From Escherichia phage LH2, in sequence record OQ378934.1: a stretch of 64,000 bases of DNA, one strand, 5' to 3'. Position numbers and translations under genes: made by a program. The notes beneath the pieces are model-generated. The model did no database searches. It was not told the DNA's origin and saw only the letters and a program-made list of their open reading frames with translations. Positions 1 through 9,248 of this stretch are shown in pieces; positions within the stretch are counted from its first letter, which is position 1, and every line of letters begins with the position of its first letter.

Positions 1-465
1 GTTGATCGTATTCTCGATTCGATGGAAAAAGGCGAAAACTTTGAATTTTATTTTCCGTTCCTGGAAAATCTGTTGGAAAACCCGAGCCAAAAAGCGGTAT
101 CTCGACTCTTTGATTTCTTGGTAGCAAACGATATTGAAATTACAGAAGACGGCTACTTCTATGCTTGGAAAGTAGTTCGCAGTAATTACTTTGACTGTCA
201 TTCAAATACTTTTGATAACAGTCCTGGTAAAGTAGTTAAAATGCCACGTACTCGTGTGAATGACGATGATACACAAACTTGTTCTCGTGGTCTGCATGTG
301 TGTTCTAAATCTTATATTCGTCACTTTGGCAGTTCAACCAGTCGAGTTGTAAAAGTTAAAGTGCATCCGCGTGATGTAGTATCAATTCCGATTGATTACA
401 ACGACGCTAAAATGCGTACCTGCCAATACGAAGTAGTTGAAGACGTTACTGAACAATTTAAATAA
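1..465 (+). CDS. rIIB: rIIB-like protein, C-terminal part (5' end lies outside window)
   Basis: Reading frame is open from nt 1 (no stop before the listed Met at 22); sits immediately upstream of denB/ndd as rIIB does in T4. Assigned by synteny only. Confidence 0.45.
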   Translation, partial: VDRILDSMEKGENFEFYFPFLENLLENPSQKAVSRLFDFLVANDIEITEDGYFYAWKVVRSNYFDCHSNTFDNSPGKVVKMPRTRVNDDDTQTCSRGLHVCSKSYIRHFGSSTSRVVKVKVHPRDVVSIPIDYNDAKMRTCQYEVVEDVTEQFK

Positions 466-492
466 GGGCTTGGCCCTTAAATAAGGAAAATT

Positions 493-687
493 ATGTTAGG
501 TTATCAAGCACGAGTAAAAGAAGAATACGAACAATTAATGCTCAAAATTAATGCATTGAGCAAATTTTTAGAAAGTGAAAAGTTTTCAACGGTTAATGCA
601 GTTGAGCAAGAATTACTGCTTTCGCAGTTTATCTCAATGAAATCTTATGCAGATTGTTTAGAGAAAAGAATTGCACAATTCAAATAA
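493..687 (+). CDS. hypothetical protein (64 aa)
   Basis: ORF with ATG start in compact early-gene array; followed by hairpin plus T-run at 691-714. Confidence 0.4.
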   Translation: MLGYQARVKEEYEQLMLKINALSKFLESEKFSTVNAVEQELLLSQFISMKSYADCLEKRIAQFK

Positions 688-773
688 AATAAAGGGCTTC
701 GGCCCTTTTGTTTTAAGGGAAACTATGATTTATTATACGAACATCAGTGATTCCGACGTAAAAGGAAAGTTTA

Positions 774-1331
774 ATGCAGAAAACGAATCCGGGTTTACAG
801 AGACTATTTCAGATTCCGACATTTACCCTATCGAACAGTGACTTGACTAGTGAAATGAAGGCTAAAATTGCTGATACAGCAAGATACTCTTTAAAACAAA
901 ATCCAAATCAGGATAAAGCAGAAGTTATTGAAAGATGCCGTATCGCTGTGTATGCAGAGTTTTTTGTAGCAGATTGGCTGAGCGGGTATGTTAATAAAGG
1001 TCAAGAGGATGTTAATGACCCGTATACATATGCGTGGGATGTACTGGCGCATCCAAAATACTGCGGGCTTCGTGTAGAAGTCAAAACACATCAAACTGAC
1101 TCACGTTGGATTTCGGTAACAACCGGATGCAGCGGAGAATATCCATACGGTTCTGGAATAAATCTAGGGCCCATTCTGAATCATCAGGTCGCTGACTGTA
1201 TAATTATATTCAACACTAAAGAAATTCATCCAGGTGTCATCCAGTACACTCCGAAGTTCATCGGTGATAGAGAAGACCTTCGTAAGGTTGTAAGAAAAAG
1301 CAACTACAACGGATGGTATCTTTCCATTTAA
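774..1331 (+). CDS. denB: endonuclease IV (DenB)-like protein
   Basis: 185-aa ORF, same length as T4 DenB, at the syntenic position between rIIB and ndd. Confidence 0.55.
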   Translation: MQKTNPGLQRLFQIPTFTLSNSDLTSEMKAKIADTARYSLKQNPNQDKAEVIERCRIAVYAEFFVADWLSGYVNKGQEDVNDPYTYAWDVLAHPKYCGLRVEVKTHQTDSRWISVTTGCSGEYPYGSGINLGPILNHQVADCIIIFNTKEIHPGVIQYTPKFIGDREDLRKVVRKSNYNGWYLSI

Positions 1332-1385
1332 AAATTTTCACAAAACAGTTTACATACCACAAGGACTGTGGTACTATACAACTAT
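1323..1385 (+). promoter_or_regulatory. T4-type early promoter (A/T-rich UP element, GTTTAC -35 at 1348-1353, TGnTACTAT extended -10 near 1369-1377)
   Basis: Sequence aaaaattttcacaaaacaGTTTACa...tgtggTACTATacaactatcaac matches the T4 early promoter consensus; the near-identical motif recurs at 4946-5006 and 22340-22400. Confidence 0.7.
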
Positions 1386-1411
1386 CAACTGATACGGATT
1401 TGGAGAATAAA

Positions 1412-1618
1412 ATGTTTACTACAGCTGAACTAAAACGAGCAAAAGCTAAGAAAGGGCAAGGAAAATATAAAGCTGAATTAGTTAAAGAACTTCAGTTTGC
1501 TGAGGCTGAATTGAATTCAATGATTATTCAAAATGCTCCAGAAACTGAAATTGCTCTTAAACGTATTGCGAATAAGTGTCTTCGTGATGCAATCGTCGAT
1601 CTTTTAGCGGATTATTGA
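1412..1618 (+). CDS. hypothetical small protein (68 aa)
   Basis: Internal ATG at 1412 preceded by ggag RBS and lying downstream of the early promoter; the upstream part of the listed ORF (from 1313) overlaps denB and the promoter. Confidence 0.4.
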   Translation: MFTTAELKRAKAKKGQGKYKAELVKELQFAEAELNSMIIQNAPETEIALKRIANKCLRDAIVDLLADY

Positions 1619-1811
1619 GTAAAATGAAAATCGTTGAGATTGAACTATGAGTTCATTATGGTGGTGTTTCGTTTGGTTAATTAGTATTCCATTAATTTGT
1701 TTAACATTTACTTTTGTGATGAGGTTATTATGAAAATTTTTAATTCTGTACTTATTGCTTGTGCGTGGTGGGTTGCGCAAGTTTCGGCAGTAGTGATTGG
1801 TATTCACATTT

Positions 1812-1870
1812 ATTACGAATATTTTTAAAAAAGTTGTTTACAAGACTGTTCCTCTGTGGTATTATTACCC
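1812..1870 (+). promoter_or_regulatory. T4-type early promoter (GTTTAC 1836-1841, TATTAT -10 at 1860-1865)
   Basis: aagttGTTTACaagactgttcctctgtggTATTATtaccctatcaactacggagg; same architecture as the other early promoters in the window. Confidence 0.6.
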
Positions 1871-1893
1871 TATCAACTACGGAGGAACAGAAA

Positions 1894-2007
1894 ATGAAAA
1901 AGATTGTTAAAGCTATATGGAATGTAGTTATAATACTAATAGTTTTGAGTATATTCCCAATCGTTTTAATGATTGATGTATTAAACGCTTACTTTGGATT
2001 TATGTGA
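1894..2007 (+). CDS. small hydrophobic membrane peptide (37 aa)
   Basis: ATG at 1894 after ggagg RBS; product MKKIVKAIWNVVIILIVLSIFPIVLMIDVLNAYFGFM is a single predicted transmembrane helix. Confidence 0.4.
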   Translation: MKKIVKAIWNVVIILIVLSIFPIVLMIDVLNAYFGFM

Positions 2008-2014
2008 GGAAAAT

Positions 2015-2212
2015 ATGAAGCGTAAACGCAGTGCTTTTACATTTATGGAATGGTTTTTCGATAATATTTTTCCGGCTTTATTCATTTTCATGCTGATTTT
2101 CGCCTTGGGGTCAGTTGTGGTTGGAATCTATTTGATGGCGGTTGTCGGAATGGATATTCACCAAAATGGTTTAAAATCTGTGGTTGAAACAATTTGGAAT
2201 GGTGTAAAATGA
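2015..2212 (+). CDS. small membrane protein (65 aa)
   Basis: ATG at 2015 with ggaaaa RBS; long hydrophobic stretch FPALFIFMLIFALGSVVVGIYLMAVVGM. Confidence 0.4.
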   Translation: MKRKRSAFTFMEWFFDNIFPALFIFMLIFALGSVVVGIYLMAVVGMDIHQNGLKSVVETIWNGVK

Positions 2213-2327
2213 TGAATTTGCTGAGTGGTTGGTTTTATATTCTCATGTTTTACATTGGTGCAAATTTCCCATATTGGATGGGATGGTCAACAACTGCATT
2301 TGGATTTTATACTCCCTGAGGTGAATT

Positions 2328-2543
2328 ATGAAAATTTTTAAAGATGTAAAGGTCGGTGAAATTTTTTGCTTAGATAATGGTGATCAGTTAATTCGTATTT
2401 CACCTCTTAAGAGCACTAGCGAGAAAATGACAGTTAACGCTACTTTAGCAAATAACAGTAATGAACGTTTCTGTATTGAAAATGATACTGAAACTTATAC
2501 TGTAGAAGAATTCTGGGAATTAAGTGTCGACTGCGACGATTAA
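2328..2543 (+). CDS. hypothetical protein (71 aa)
   Basis: ORF with gaggtg RBS in the ndd-proximal small-gene array. Confidence 0.45.
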   Translation: MKIFKDVKVGEIFCLDNGDQLIRISPLKSTSEKMTVNATLANNSNERFCIENDTETYTVEEFWELSVDCDD

Positions 2544-2602
2544 TTTATCGGCCGTATGTATTCATGCGGCCTTGGAGTAGAAAATAATTAGAGGAAATTA
2601 AC

Positions 2603-3058
2603 ATGAAATATATGACTGTTACTGATTTGAATAATGCAGGTGCAACTGTTATTGGTACAATCAAGGGCGGTGAATGGGTTTTTGGAACTCCGCATAAAGA
2701 CATTTTGTCTAACCCTGGATTTTACTTTTTAGTGAGTAAATTTGGTGGTCCATTTGATAGTCCGTGTGTATCTGCACGATTTTATGTAGGTAATCAGCGT
2801 TCTAAGCAAGGATTCAGTGCAGTTCTAAGTCATATTCGTCAACGTCGATCTCAGCTTGCGCGTACTATTGCAAATAACAATGTTCCATACACGGTATTTT
2901 ATCTACCTGCTTCTAAGATGAAACCTCTGACGACGGGATTTGGAAAGGGTCAGTTAGCTTTAGCATTTACTCGTAATCATCATTCTGAGTATCAAACACT
3001 TGAAGAAATGAACCGTATGTTGGCTGATAATTTTAAATTTGTTTTGCAGGCATATTAA
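2603..3058 (+). CDS. ndd: nucleoid disruption protein Ndd
   Basis: 151-aa ORF (T4 Ndd is 151 aa) directly upstream of stp/ac/52; gagg RBS; stop overlaps the stp start (TAATG). Confidence 0.75.
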
Positions 3059-3138
3059 TGAGCAATTTCCATAACGAACACGTGATGCAGTTCTATCGTA
3101 ACAATCTTAAAACTAAAGGCGTCTTCGGACGCCAGTGA
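3058..3138 (+). CDS. stp: Stp peptide (26 aa), activator of host PrrC anticodon nuclease
   Basis: Unlisted small ORF translating to [26 protein letters not shown], which I recognise as T4 Stp; syntenic with ac and gene 52. Confidence 0.8.
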
Positions 3139-3145
3139 GGAAAAT

Positions 3146-3295
3146 ATGAATATCGCAAAATTATTAGGAGTTATTTCATTTATTTGTTGGATAGTAGCAT
3201 GTGTTTTAACTATCTGTATTGATGTCAGCAGCGTGTTTTCGCAAGCTTTAGCTCAAGGGTATGTGTGCATGTTTAACATTTGCGTTGTTATCTAA
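3146..3295 (+). CDS. ac: acridine-resistance membrane peptide Ac-like (49 aa)
   Basis: Unlisted small ORF MNIAKLLGVISFICWIVACVLTICIDVSSVFSQALAQGYVCMFNICVVI, hydrophobic, positioned between stp and 52 as ac is in T4. Confidence 0.6.
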   Translation: MNIAKLLGVISFICWIVACVLTICIDVSSVFSQALAQGYVCMFNICVVI

Positions 3296-3435
3296 TGATT
3301 AAGAAAATCTTGGGCTACTCAGTAGCCCTTGCTGCTTTACTGGTAGCACTATATTATGGAGTAATGTTCGGATTAATTCAAGTCGTGCTTTTCATTTCTG
3401 ATGTTATTATGGCACTACATTCACTAGTATGGTAA
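3295..3435 (+). CDS. small hydrophobic membrane peptide (46 aa)
   Basis: Unlisted ORF MIKKILGYSVALAALLVALYYGVMFGLIQVVLFISDVIMALHSLVW, start overlapping the ac stop (TAATG). Confidence 0.4.
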   Translation: MIKKILGYSVALAALLVALYYGVMFGLIQVVLFISDVIMALHSLVW

Positions 3436-3439
3436 ATTT

Positions 3440-4768
3440 ATGCAACTGAATAATCGCGATTTAAAAAGTATCATTGATAATGAAGCATTGGCTTATGCTA
3501 TGTACACGGTTGAAAATCGTGCTATTCCAAATATGATTGATGGATTTAAGCCAGTTCAACGATTTGTTATCGCTCGAGCTCTTGATTTGGCACGAGGAAA
3601 TAAAGATAAGTTTCACAAACTCGCTTCTATTGCAGGTGGTGTAGCTGACCTTGGATATCATCATGGTGAAAACTCTGCGCAAGACGCGGGGGCTTTGATG
3701 GCTAATACTTGGAATAATAACTTTCCTTTGTTAGATGGTCAAGGAAACTTTGGTTCTCGTACCGTTCAAAAAGCAGCAGCAAGTCGTTATATTTTTGCTC
3801 GTGTAAGTAAAAATTTCTATAGTGTATATAAAGATACTGAATATGCTCCGGTACATCAAGATAAAGAACACATTCCGCCTGCTTTCTATTTGCCTATTAT
3901 TCCTACTGTTCTTCTTAATGGTGTTTCCGGTATTGCAACTGGTTATGCAACTTATATTCTTCCTCATAGTGTTTCTTCTGTCAAGAAAGCTGTACTACAA
4001 GCTCTTCAAGGAAAGAAAGTAACTAAACCGAAGGTAGAATTCCCAGAATTTCGTGGTGAAGTCGTTGAGATTGACGGGCAATATGAAATTCGTGGAACAT
4101 ATAAGTTTACTTCACGAACTCAAATGAATATCACTGAAATTCCGTATAAGTATGATCGTGAAACTTATGTGAGTAAAATCTTAGACCCGCTTGAAGATAA
4201 GGGCTTCATTACATGGGATGATGCTTGTGGTGAGCATGGTTTTGGCTTTAAAGTTAAATTCCGTAAAGAATATTCTTTGAGTGATAACGAAGAAGAACGC
4301 CATGCAAAAATCATGAAAGACTTCGGGTTGATTGAGCGTCGTTCCCAAAATATTACCGTTATTAATGAGAAAGGCAAGCTGCAAGTTTACGATAACGTAG
4401 TTGATTTAATCAAAGACTTCGTTGAAGTTCGTAAAACTTATGTCCAAAAACGAATTGATAACAAAATTAAAGAAACTGAATCAGCATTTCGTTTAGCCTT
4501 TGCCAAGGCGCATTTCATTAAGAAAGTAATTTCAGGTGAAATTGTTGTGCAGGGTAAAACTCGTAAAGAACTGACCGAAGAACTTTCTAAAATTGAGATG
4601 TATTCTTCTTATGTTGATAAACTAGTCGGAATGAATATTTTTCATATGACTTCTGATGAAGCAAAGAAACTTGCTGAAGAAGCTAAAGCTAAAAAAGAAG
4701 AAAACGAATATTGGAAAACTACTGATGTAGTTACAGAATACACCAAAGATTTAGAGGAAATCAAATGA
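3440..4768 (+). CDS. 52: DNA topoisomerase II medium subunit gp52
   Basis: 442-aa ORF (T4 gp52 is 442 aa) with the GyrA/ParC-like N-terminal segment (…AIPNMIDGFKPVQRFVIARAL…). Confidence 0.95.
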   Translation: MQLNNRDLKSIIDNEALAYAMYTVENRAIPNMIDGFKPVQRFVIARALDLARGNKDKFHKLASIAGGVADLGYHHGENSAQDAGALMANTWNNNFPLLDGQGNFGSRTVQKAAASRYIFARVSKNFYSVYKDTEYAPVHQDKEHIPPAFYLPIIPTVLLNGVSGIATGYATYILPHSVSSVKKAVLQALQGKKVTKPKVEFPEFRGEVVEIDGQYEIRGTYKFTSRTQMNITEIPYKYDRETYVSKILDPLEDKGFITWDDACGEHGFGFKVKFRKEYSLSDNEEERHAKIMKDFGLIERRSQNITVINEKGKLQVYDNVVDLIKDFVEVRKTYVQKRIDNKIKETESAFRLAFAKAHFIKKVISGEIVVQGKTRKELTEELSKIEMYSSYVDKLVGMNIFHMTSDEAKKLAEEAKAKKEENEYWKTTDVVTEYTKDLEEIK

Positions 4769-4914
4769 GTCCATTCATAGGTATTACAAGCGCGGCATTA
4801 GTATCTGGCGGCATTTTACTAGCGGGGGTAGGTGTTGTTCCAGCCGTAGCAGGAGGTCTTCTTGCATTCGGAATTCAACGTGTTATCATGACAGTTATCA
4901 CAGTCATGCAGTAA
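4765..4914 (+). CDS. small glycine/alanine-rich membrane peptide (49 aa)
   Basis: Unlisted ORF MSPFIGITSAALVSGGILLAGVGVVPAVAGGLLAFGIQRVIMTVITVMQ overlapping the gene 52 stop (ATGA). Confidence 0.45.
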   Translation: MSPFIGITSAALVSGGILLAGVGVVPAVAGGLLAFGIQRVIMTVITVMQ

Positions 4915-4918
4915 TTTT

Positions 4919-4946
4919 AGGGAGAGCCGAGGCTCTCCCTTTTTTA
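4919..4946 (+). terminator. rho-independent terminator (hairpin gggagagccgaggctctccc plus T6)
   Basis: Perfect GC-rich inverted repeat followed by TTTTTT immediately after the gene 52 operon. Confidence 0.8.
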
Positions 4947-5006
4947 TTTCAAAAATTTTTTCACAAAACGGTTTACAACCAAAGCATACTGTGGTACTAT
5001 ACAACT
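4946..5006 (+). promoter_or_regulatory. T4-type early promoter upstream of motA (GTTTAC 4971-4976, TACTAT -10 at 4995-5000)
   Basis: atttcaaaaattttttcacaaaacgGTTTACaacc...gtggTACTATacaactatcaac; near-identical to the promoters at 1323 and 22340. Confidence 0.75.
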
Positions 5007-5041
5007 ATCAACTACTGATACAGAATTACGGAGATTAGAAA

Positions 5042-5677
5042 ATGTCTAAAGTAACTTACATCATCAAAGCTTCTAACGATGTTCTGAATGAAAAAACTGC
5101 TGCGATTTTAATTACCATTGCTAAGAAAGATTTCATTACAGCCGCAGAAGTTCGTGAGGTGCATCCAGATTTAGGTAACGCAGTAGTTAATAGTAATATT
5201 GGGGTATTGATTAAAAAAGGCCTGGTGGAGAAATCTGGTGATGGATTAATCATTACGGGTGAAGCTCAGGATATTATTTCAAATGCGGCAACTTTATACG
5301 CACAGGAAAACGCTCCTGAACTGCTGAAAAAACGAGCAACTCGTAAAGCTCGCGAGATTACTTCTGATATGGAAGAAGATAAAGACCTCATGCTAAAACT
5401 TTTAGATGAAAATGGATTTGTTCTTAAAAAAGTTGAAACTTATCGTAGTAACTATCTCGCTATTTTAGAAAAACGCACTCACGGAATTCGTAATTTTGAA
5501 ATTAACAACAATGGAAATATGCGAATTTTTGGATACAAAATGATGGAACATCATATTCAGAAATTTACTGACATCGGTATGTCATGCAAAATCGCTAAAA
5601 ATGGTAATGTGTATCTTGACATTAAACGCTCAGCAGAAAACATTGAAGCTGTAATCACCGTAGCATCTGAACTGTGA
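5042..5677 (+). CDS. motA: middle-transcription activator MotA
   Basis: 211-aa ORF (T4 MotA is 211 aa) at the T4-syntenic position next to gene 52; gagatt RBS. Confidence 0.9.
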   Translation: MSKVTYIIKASNDVLNEKTAAILITIAKKDFITAAEVREVHPDLGNAVVNSNIGVLIKKGLVEKSGDGLIITGEAQDIISNAATLYAQENAPELLKKRATRKAREITSDMEEDKDLMLKLLDENGFVLKKVETYRSNYLAILEKRTHGIRNFEINNNGNMRIFGYKMMEHHIQKFTDIGMSCKIAKNGNVYLDIKRSAENIEAVITVASEL

Positions 5678-5687
5678 GGAATAAATA

Positions 5688-6017
5688 ATGAACAAGTTAG
5701 AAATTATCAATGAACTTCGTCGTTGTGCAGAACCCACTCAAGAGGGGTGGGATATCTGGTACCATGGAGCTTATCTTGGAACCATCGTAAAGATTAAGAC
5801 TGGCAAATACATGATTATTCGTGAAAGTAAAGATGCTCCAGTAGGTATTCGCAATAATTTCATGGCAGCGATAAGTTCCTTTACGGATTCAGCTTACGAA
5901 ATTTACCTTGCTGATTATAAAGAATTCCAGGAATCTCAACCAGTTATTCGCTCAATTGGTGTTAACAAAGCTCAACAGAAAACTTTGTGGCAACGTATTA
6001 AAGGATGGTTTAAATGA
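5688..6017 (+). CDS. hypothetical protein (109 aa)
   Basis: ORF in motA-arn interval; translationally coupled to the next ORF (ATGA overlap). Confidence 0.5.
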   Translation: MNKLEIINELRRCAEPTQEGWDIWYHGAYLGTIVKIKTGKYMIIRESKDAPVGIRNNFMAAISSFTDSAYEIYLADYKEFQESQPVIRSIGVNKAQQKTLWQRIKGWFK

Positions 6018-6475
6018 ATCCATTTATTAATCGTTTAAAAATGCTGAATGTTCCTTTATCTCGTGAGACTCCAGAAAGTCTTGCTGAAAAATTTAAAGCA
6101 CACGGTTATAAATGCACAGAAGAAGATATTCTAAAAGAAGTTCCTGAAATCTGTTGGCAGTCTGCATACTGGGATGAAAACCAAAAGTATCAACGACGAA
6201 TTGTCTGCGCAGCCAACCGTTTTAAATTAAAAGATGGACGAACTCTTATTATTCCAGGTGCTCGTCATTATTCTAAAGATATGGCAGAAGTTTTAGATGT
6301 AGTTAAACCTCAATTAGTTACTCAACAAGTTTGTGATGATGACCAAGGGTTTATTGACCAATATAGTAATTATTGGACACGTGAAGAAGCAATGATTATT
6401 GCAACTTACGCTGGACAAGTACGTATTGAACGCGGTGGTAGTGAAAAAGAACTTTACTCTGAGGACCTTTACTAA
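6014..6475 (+). CDS. hypothetical protein (153 aa)
   Basis: ORF in motA-arn interval; overlaps neighbours by 1-4 nt. Confidence 0.5.
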   Translation: MNPFINRLKMLNVPLSRETPESLAEKFKAHGYKCTEEDILKEVPEICWQSAYWDENQKYQRRIVCAANRFKLKDGRTLIIPGARHYSKDMAEVLDVVKPQLVTQQVCDDDQGFIDQYSNYWTREEAMIIATYAGQVRIERGGSEKELYSEDLY

Positions 6476-6771
6476 TGAATATTAAAAAGTTTCAAATTGA
6501 TGGAATTATGAATCAAATCCAGGCACTGGAATATGCCAATAAAATGATGTCAACTAATTGGGGAATTTATACCAATGAACCGGGATTTAAATTCTGTGAT
6601 ATGGAATTCACTAAAAAGCTCGTAGGAAAAGATTATGTATGTCCATTTAGTTCTCCAGTAAATGGAATGCTAAAACCTGCTTTGCGTGATCTTTATATTG
6701 CGATGAACGAAGAAATGATAAAAGAATTAAAACGTCAACTGAAGGTGATTCAATTTGGCCAGGGAAATTAA
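6475..6771 (+). CDS. hypothetical protein (98 aa)
   Basis: ORF in motA-arn interval. Confidence 0.5.
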   Translation: MNIKKFQIDGIMNQIQALEYANKMMSTNWGIYTNEPGFKFCDMEFTKKLVGKDYVCPFSSPVNGMLKPALRDLYIAMNEEMIKELKRQLKVIQFGQGN

Positions 6772-6973
6772 TTCAAAATCTGATTATTTTAATTCTCTCA
6801 ATGATAAAGATAAAAATCTAATACGGCATTTTATCGTTGAGATGGGATATACTGATACACGTGATTTAAGAGAACATATATTTGAATGTGGTGTAGCTAA
6901 AAAGTTTTCATTCACATGCAAATGTTTAAGAGAGGTAATTCAGCACTATGAACAATTTAGTCGCAAAACATAA
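6755..6973 (+). CDS. hypothetical protein (72 aa)
   Basis: ORF in motA-arn interval; overlaps the previous ORF by 17 nt. Confidence 0.4.
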   Translation: MAREINSKSDYFNSLNDKDKNLIRHFIVEMGYTDTRDLREHIFECGVAKKFSFTCKCLREVIQHYEQFSRKT

Positions 6974-7056
6974 TTTTAATAAAGCTTCTGTTCATAAAGA
7001 TAAGAAGAAAGCGTTTAAAGAATCTAATCGCAAACAGAAACATAAGGGGAAGGTCT

Positions 7057-7335
7057 ATGATTATTGATTCTCAATCTGTGGTTCAATATACAATCAAAAT
7101 TGACATTCTAGAAAAGCTATATAAGTTTCTACCAAATTTATACCACTCAATTGTCGATGAATTAGTTGAAGAACTACATCTTGAGAATAATGATTTCTTG
7201 GTTGGAACTTATAAAGATAACTCAAAGGCGGGATATTTTTACGTAATTCCAGCTCCAGGAAAAAGTATTGATGATGTATTAAAAACTATAATGATTTATG
7301 TCCATGATTACGAAATTGAAGATTATTTCGAATGA
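7057..7335 (+). CDS. arn: anti-restriction nuclease Arn
   Basis: 92-aa ORF (T4 Arn is 92 aa) at the syntenic position between motA and asiA. Confidence 0.75.
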   Translation: MIIDSQSVVQYTIKIDILEKLYKFLPNLYHSIVDELVEELHLENNDFLVGTYKDNSKAGYFYVIPAPGKSIDDVLKTIMIYVHDYEIEDYFE

Positions 7336-7496
7336 GTCATAATCTTGAAAAGGTAATCGAGCATAATGTAGCTCAGGAACGCGAGTCGTTCAAGGAATTC
7401 GTAGAAAAAATTTTTGAAGAAAATAACACAGACCAGTTTACAAATCAAGTGTCTGATGATATTATAATAAAGTCAACTAATTGAGTGGTATAGTTA

Positions 7497-7769
7497 ATGA
7501 ATAAAAACATTGATACAGTTCGTGAAATTATTACTGTTGCGTCTATTTTGATTAAATTTTCCAGAGAAGATATTGTTGAGAATCGTGCTAATTTTATCGC
7601 ATTTCTGAATGAGATTGGAGTAACGCATGAAGGTAGAAAGTTGAATCAGAATTCATTCCGTAAAATTGTTTCTGAATTAACTCAAGAAGATAAGAAAACC
7701 CTCATCGACGAATTCAACGAGGGTTTTGAGGGTGTATATCGATATCTAGAGATGTATACAAACAAATAA
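7497..7769 (+). CDS. asiA: anti-sigma70 factor AsiA
   Basis: 90-aa ORF (T4 AsiA is 90 aa) beginning MNKNIDTVREIITVASILIKFSREDIVENRANFIAFLNEIG; adjacent to t. Confidence 0.9.
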   Translation: MNKNIDTVREIITVASILIKFSREDIVENRANFIAFLNEIGVTHEGRKLNQNSFRKIVSELTQEDKKTLIDEFNEGFEGVYRYLEMYTNK

Positions 7770-8426
7770 TTATTTAGCCCGTCCTAATATTCTGGCCGCC
7801 TGAGAACATATTGATTCAAGGCGGTCATTACTTATATGATCATTTCTATACCAGTACATGGTTATTGTTCCAGCATAGATGTTATCCAAATTAAAATATG
7901 GACAACTGTACATGTAATTTATTTCGGGAGTAGGCTTTTTAGTTGGTAAAAAAGCAAATTTTGAATTGGAATAATAATGACGTCCATTTAAATGGACTGT
8001 ATATTCATCCATAGTTTTATCAACAGGATATCCTCCAAGTGATTTTTCACTTATTGTTGAAGGTAATTTTCCTTCATATGCTATAATATCAACAAAATAG
8101 TTTAAGTTTTTAGGGCGGAAAGAATACACCGCACTAAAGTCTGCCTCAGATGATATATGAACTATCTGGAGTTGTTCCAGGGCGACAGATTCAAAGCGTG
8201 CATTTCTTTCCTTTTCAATAATTTCACTGTATGTTTCATACTTTGATTGCTTATAGTACTCAAAGAAACTATCTCCCCTATACCAAACAATCGCCATTAT
8301 AAACAAAAGAATTACGACAGCTACCCGGGAAGCAAGAACTTTCCCGGTAGCGTTATCTTTGAACAAGCGATCTAGAACACCCAACAGAATATCAGAGGGC
8401 GAAAATGATATTCTAGGTGCTGCCAT
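7770..8426 (-). CDS. t: holin T
   Basis: 218-aa ORF (T4 holin is 218 aa) with one N-terminal transmembrane segment and a large periplasmic domain; convergent with asiA. Confidence 0.9.
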   Translation of the reverse strand: MAAPRISFSPSDILLGVLDRLFKDNATGKVLASRVAVVILLFIMAIVWYRGDSFFEYYKQSKYETYSEIIEKERNARFESVALEQLQIVHISSEADFSAVYSFRPKNLNYFVDIIAYEGKLPSTISEKSLGGYPVDKTMDEYTVHLNGRHYYSNSKFAFLPTKKPTPEINYMYSCPYFNLDNIYAGTITMYWYRNDHISNDRLESICSQAARILGRAK

Positions 8427-8456
8427 AGACCCTCCTTTTAAGGATATTTATTCAAA

Positions 8457-9248
8457 TTATACTCTTGCACCATATATTGTACCAACTTTAGTCCAAGTTG
8501 GAGCATTACCAGTAACAGCTTTACCCGCAGCACCACCCGAGTGAACAGTTCCTCCAGTACCGCCTTGAATATACGAAGACTTGCCAGCAGCTCCCAAATC
8601 TCCACCATTTCCTCCATAGTGAACCCCAGAAACAGTGCCTTTACCAGGAGCAGAAATTGTACCAGCAGATGCTGCCGACGCGCCGCCACCTGCTGCACCC
8701 GCTGCACCAAATGGACGACCTCCGCCGCCACCAAATATCATATCCATTTGAGGGAAAGGATGGTATCTAGCACCAGCGCCACCACCACCACCACCACCGA
8801 TAATACCATTATTGTTTATTCTTAAACGAGTTCCAATTCCGTTATTTATTGCAGTTCCTCCTGCTCCACCAGCAGAGTTACTTCCGCCATTTCCTCCTCG
8901 ACCTAATACATGAACCCCGCTATTAATATTTAAGGTAACGTATGCATTAGTTAATGAGCTAGGAAAATCTAAGCATGGAACACCAGTAGATTGAGAAACA
9001 ATATTTCCTGTAATAGTAACAACAACAGGAGTACTACCTTGAGATTTGAGATAATTTATTAGCGTGTCTTTATTATAAGAATTGCTAGCACCAATACTGT
9101 AATATACTTCTTTAGATTGTCCAGCCATTGAGCTCATCCAACCGGGAACTGAAACACGAACTGCTTTCATTGCAGCGTCCATCCAACGTTGTCCAGTTTC
9201 ATTCACGGCAGATTCACCAATCCAGCCAGGAACACCTACAATTGCCAT
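8457..9248 (-). CDS. 38: long tail fibre distal adhesin gp38 (T2/T6-type, glycine-rich motifs)
   Basis: 263-aa ORF immediately downstream of gene 37; N-terminus MAIVGVPGWIGESAVNETGQRW and multiple poly-Gly motifs (GGGGGGGAGA, GGGGGRPFGAAGAAGGG) separated by variable segments. Confidence 0.85.
   Translation of the reverse strand: MAIVGVPGWIGESAVNETGQRWMDAAMKAVRVSVPGWMSSMAGQSKEVYYSIGASNSYNKDTLINYLKSQGSTPVVVTITGNIVSQSTGVPCLDFPSSLTNAYVTLNINSGVHVLGRGGNGGSNSAGGAGGTAINNGIGTRLRINNNGIIGGGGGGGAGARYHPFPQMDMIFGGGGGRPFGAAGAAGGGASAASAGTISAPGKGTVSGVHYGGNGGDLGAAGKSSYIQGGTGGTVHSGGAAGKAVTGNAPTWTKVGTIYGARV

Noticed and set aside
464-478. Hairpin aagggcttggccctt as a terminator
   Set aside because: No T-tract follows on the + strand; more likely an RNA-stability or processing hairpin, or coincidental.
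8438-8825. Two overlapping ORFs (- strand 8438-8734 and + strand 8541-8825) in the gp38 region
   Set aside because: Artefacts of the GC-rich, stop-poor glycine-repeat coding sequence of gene 38.
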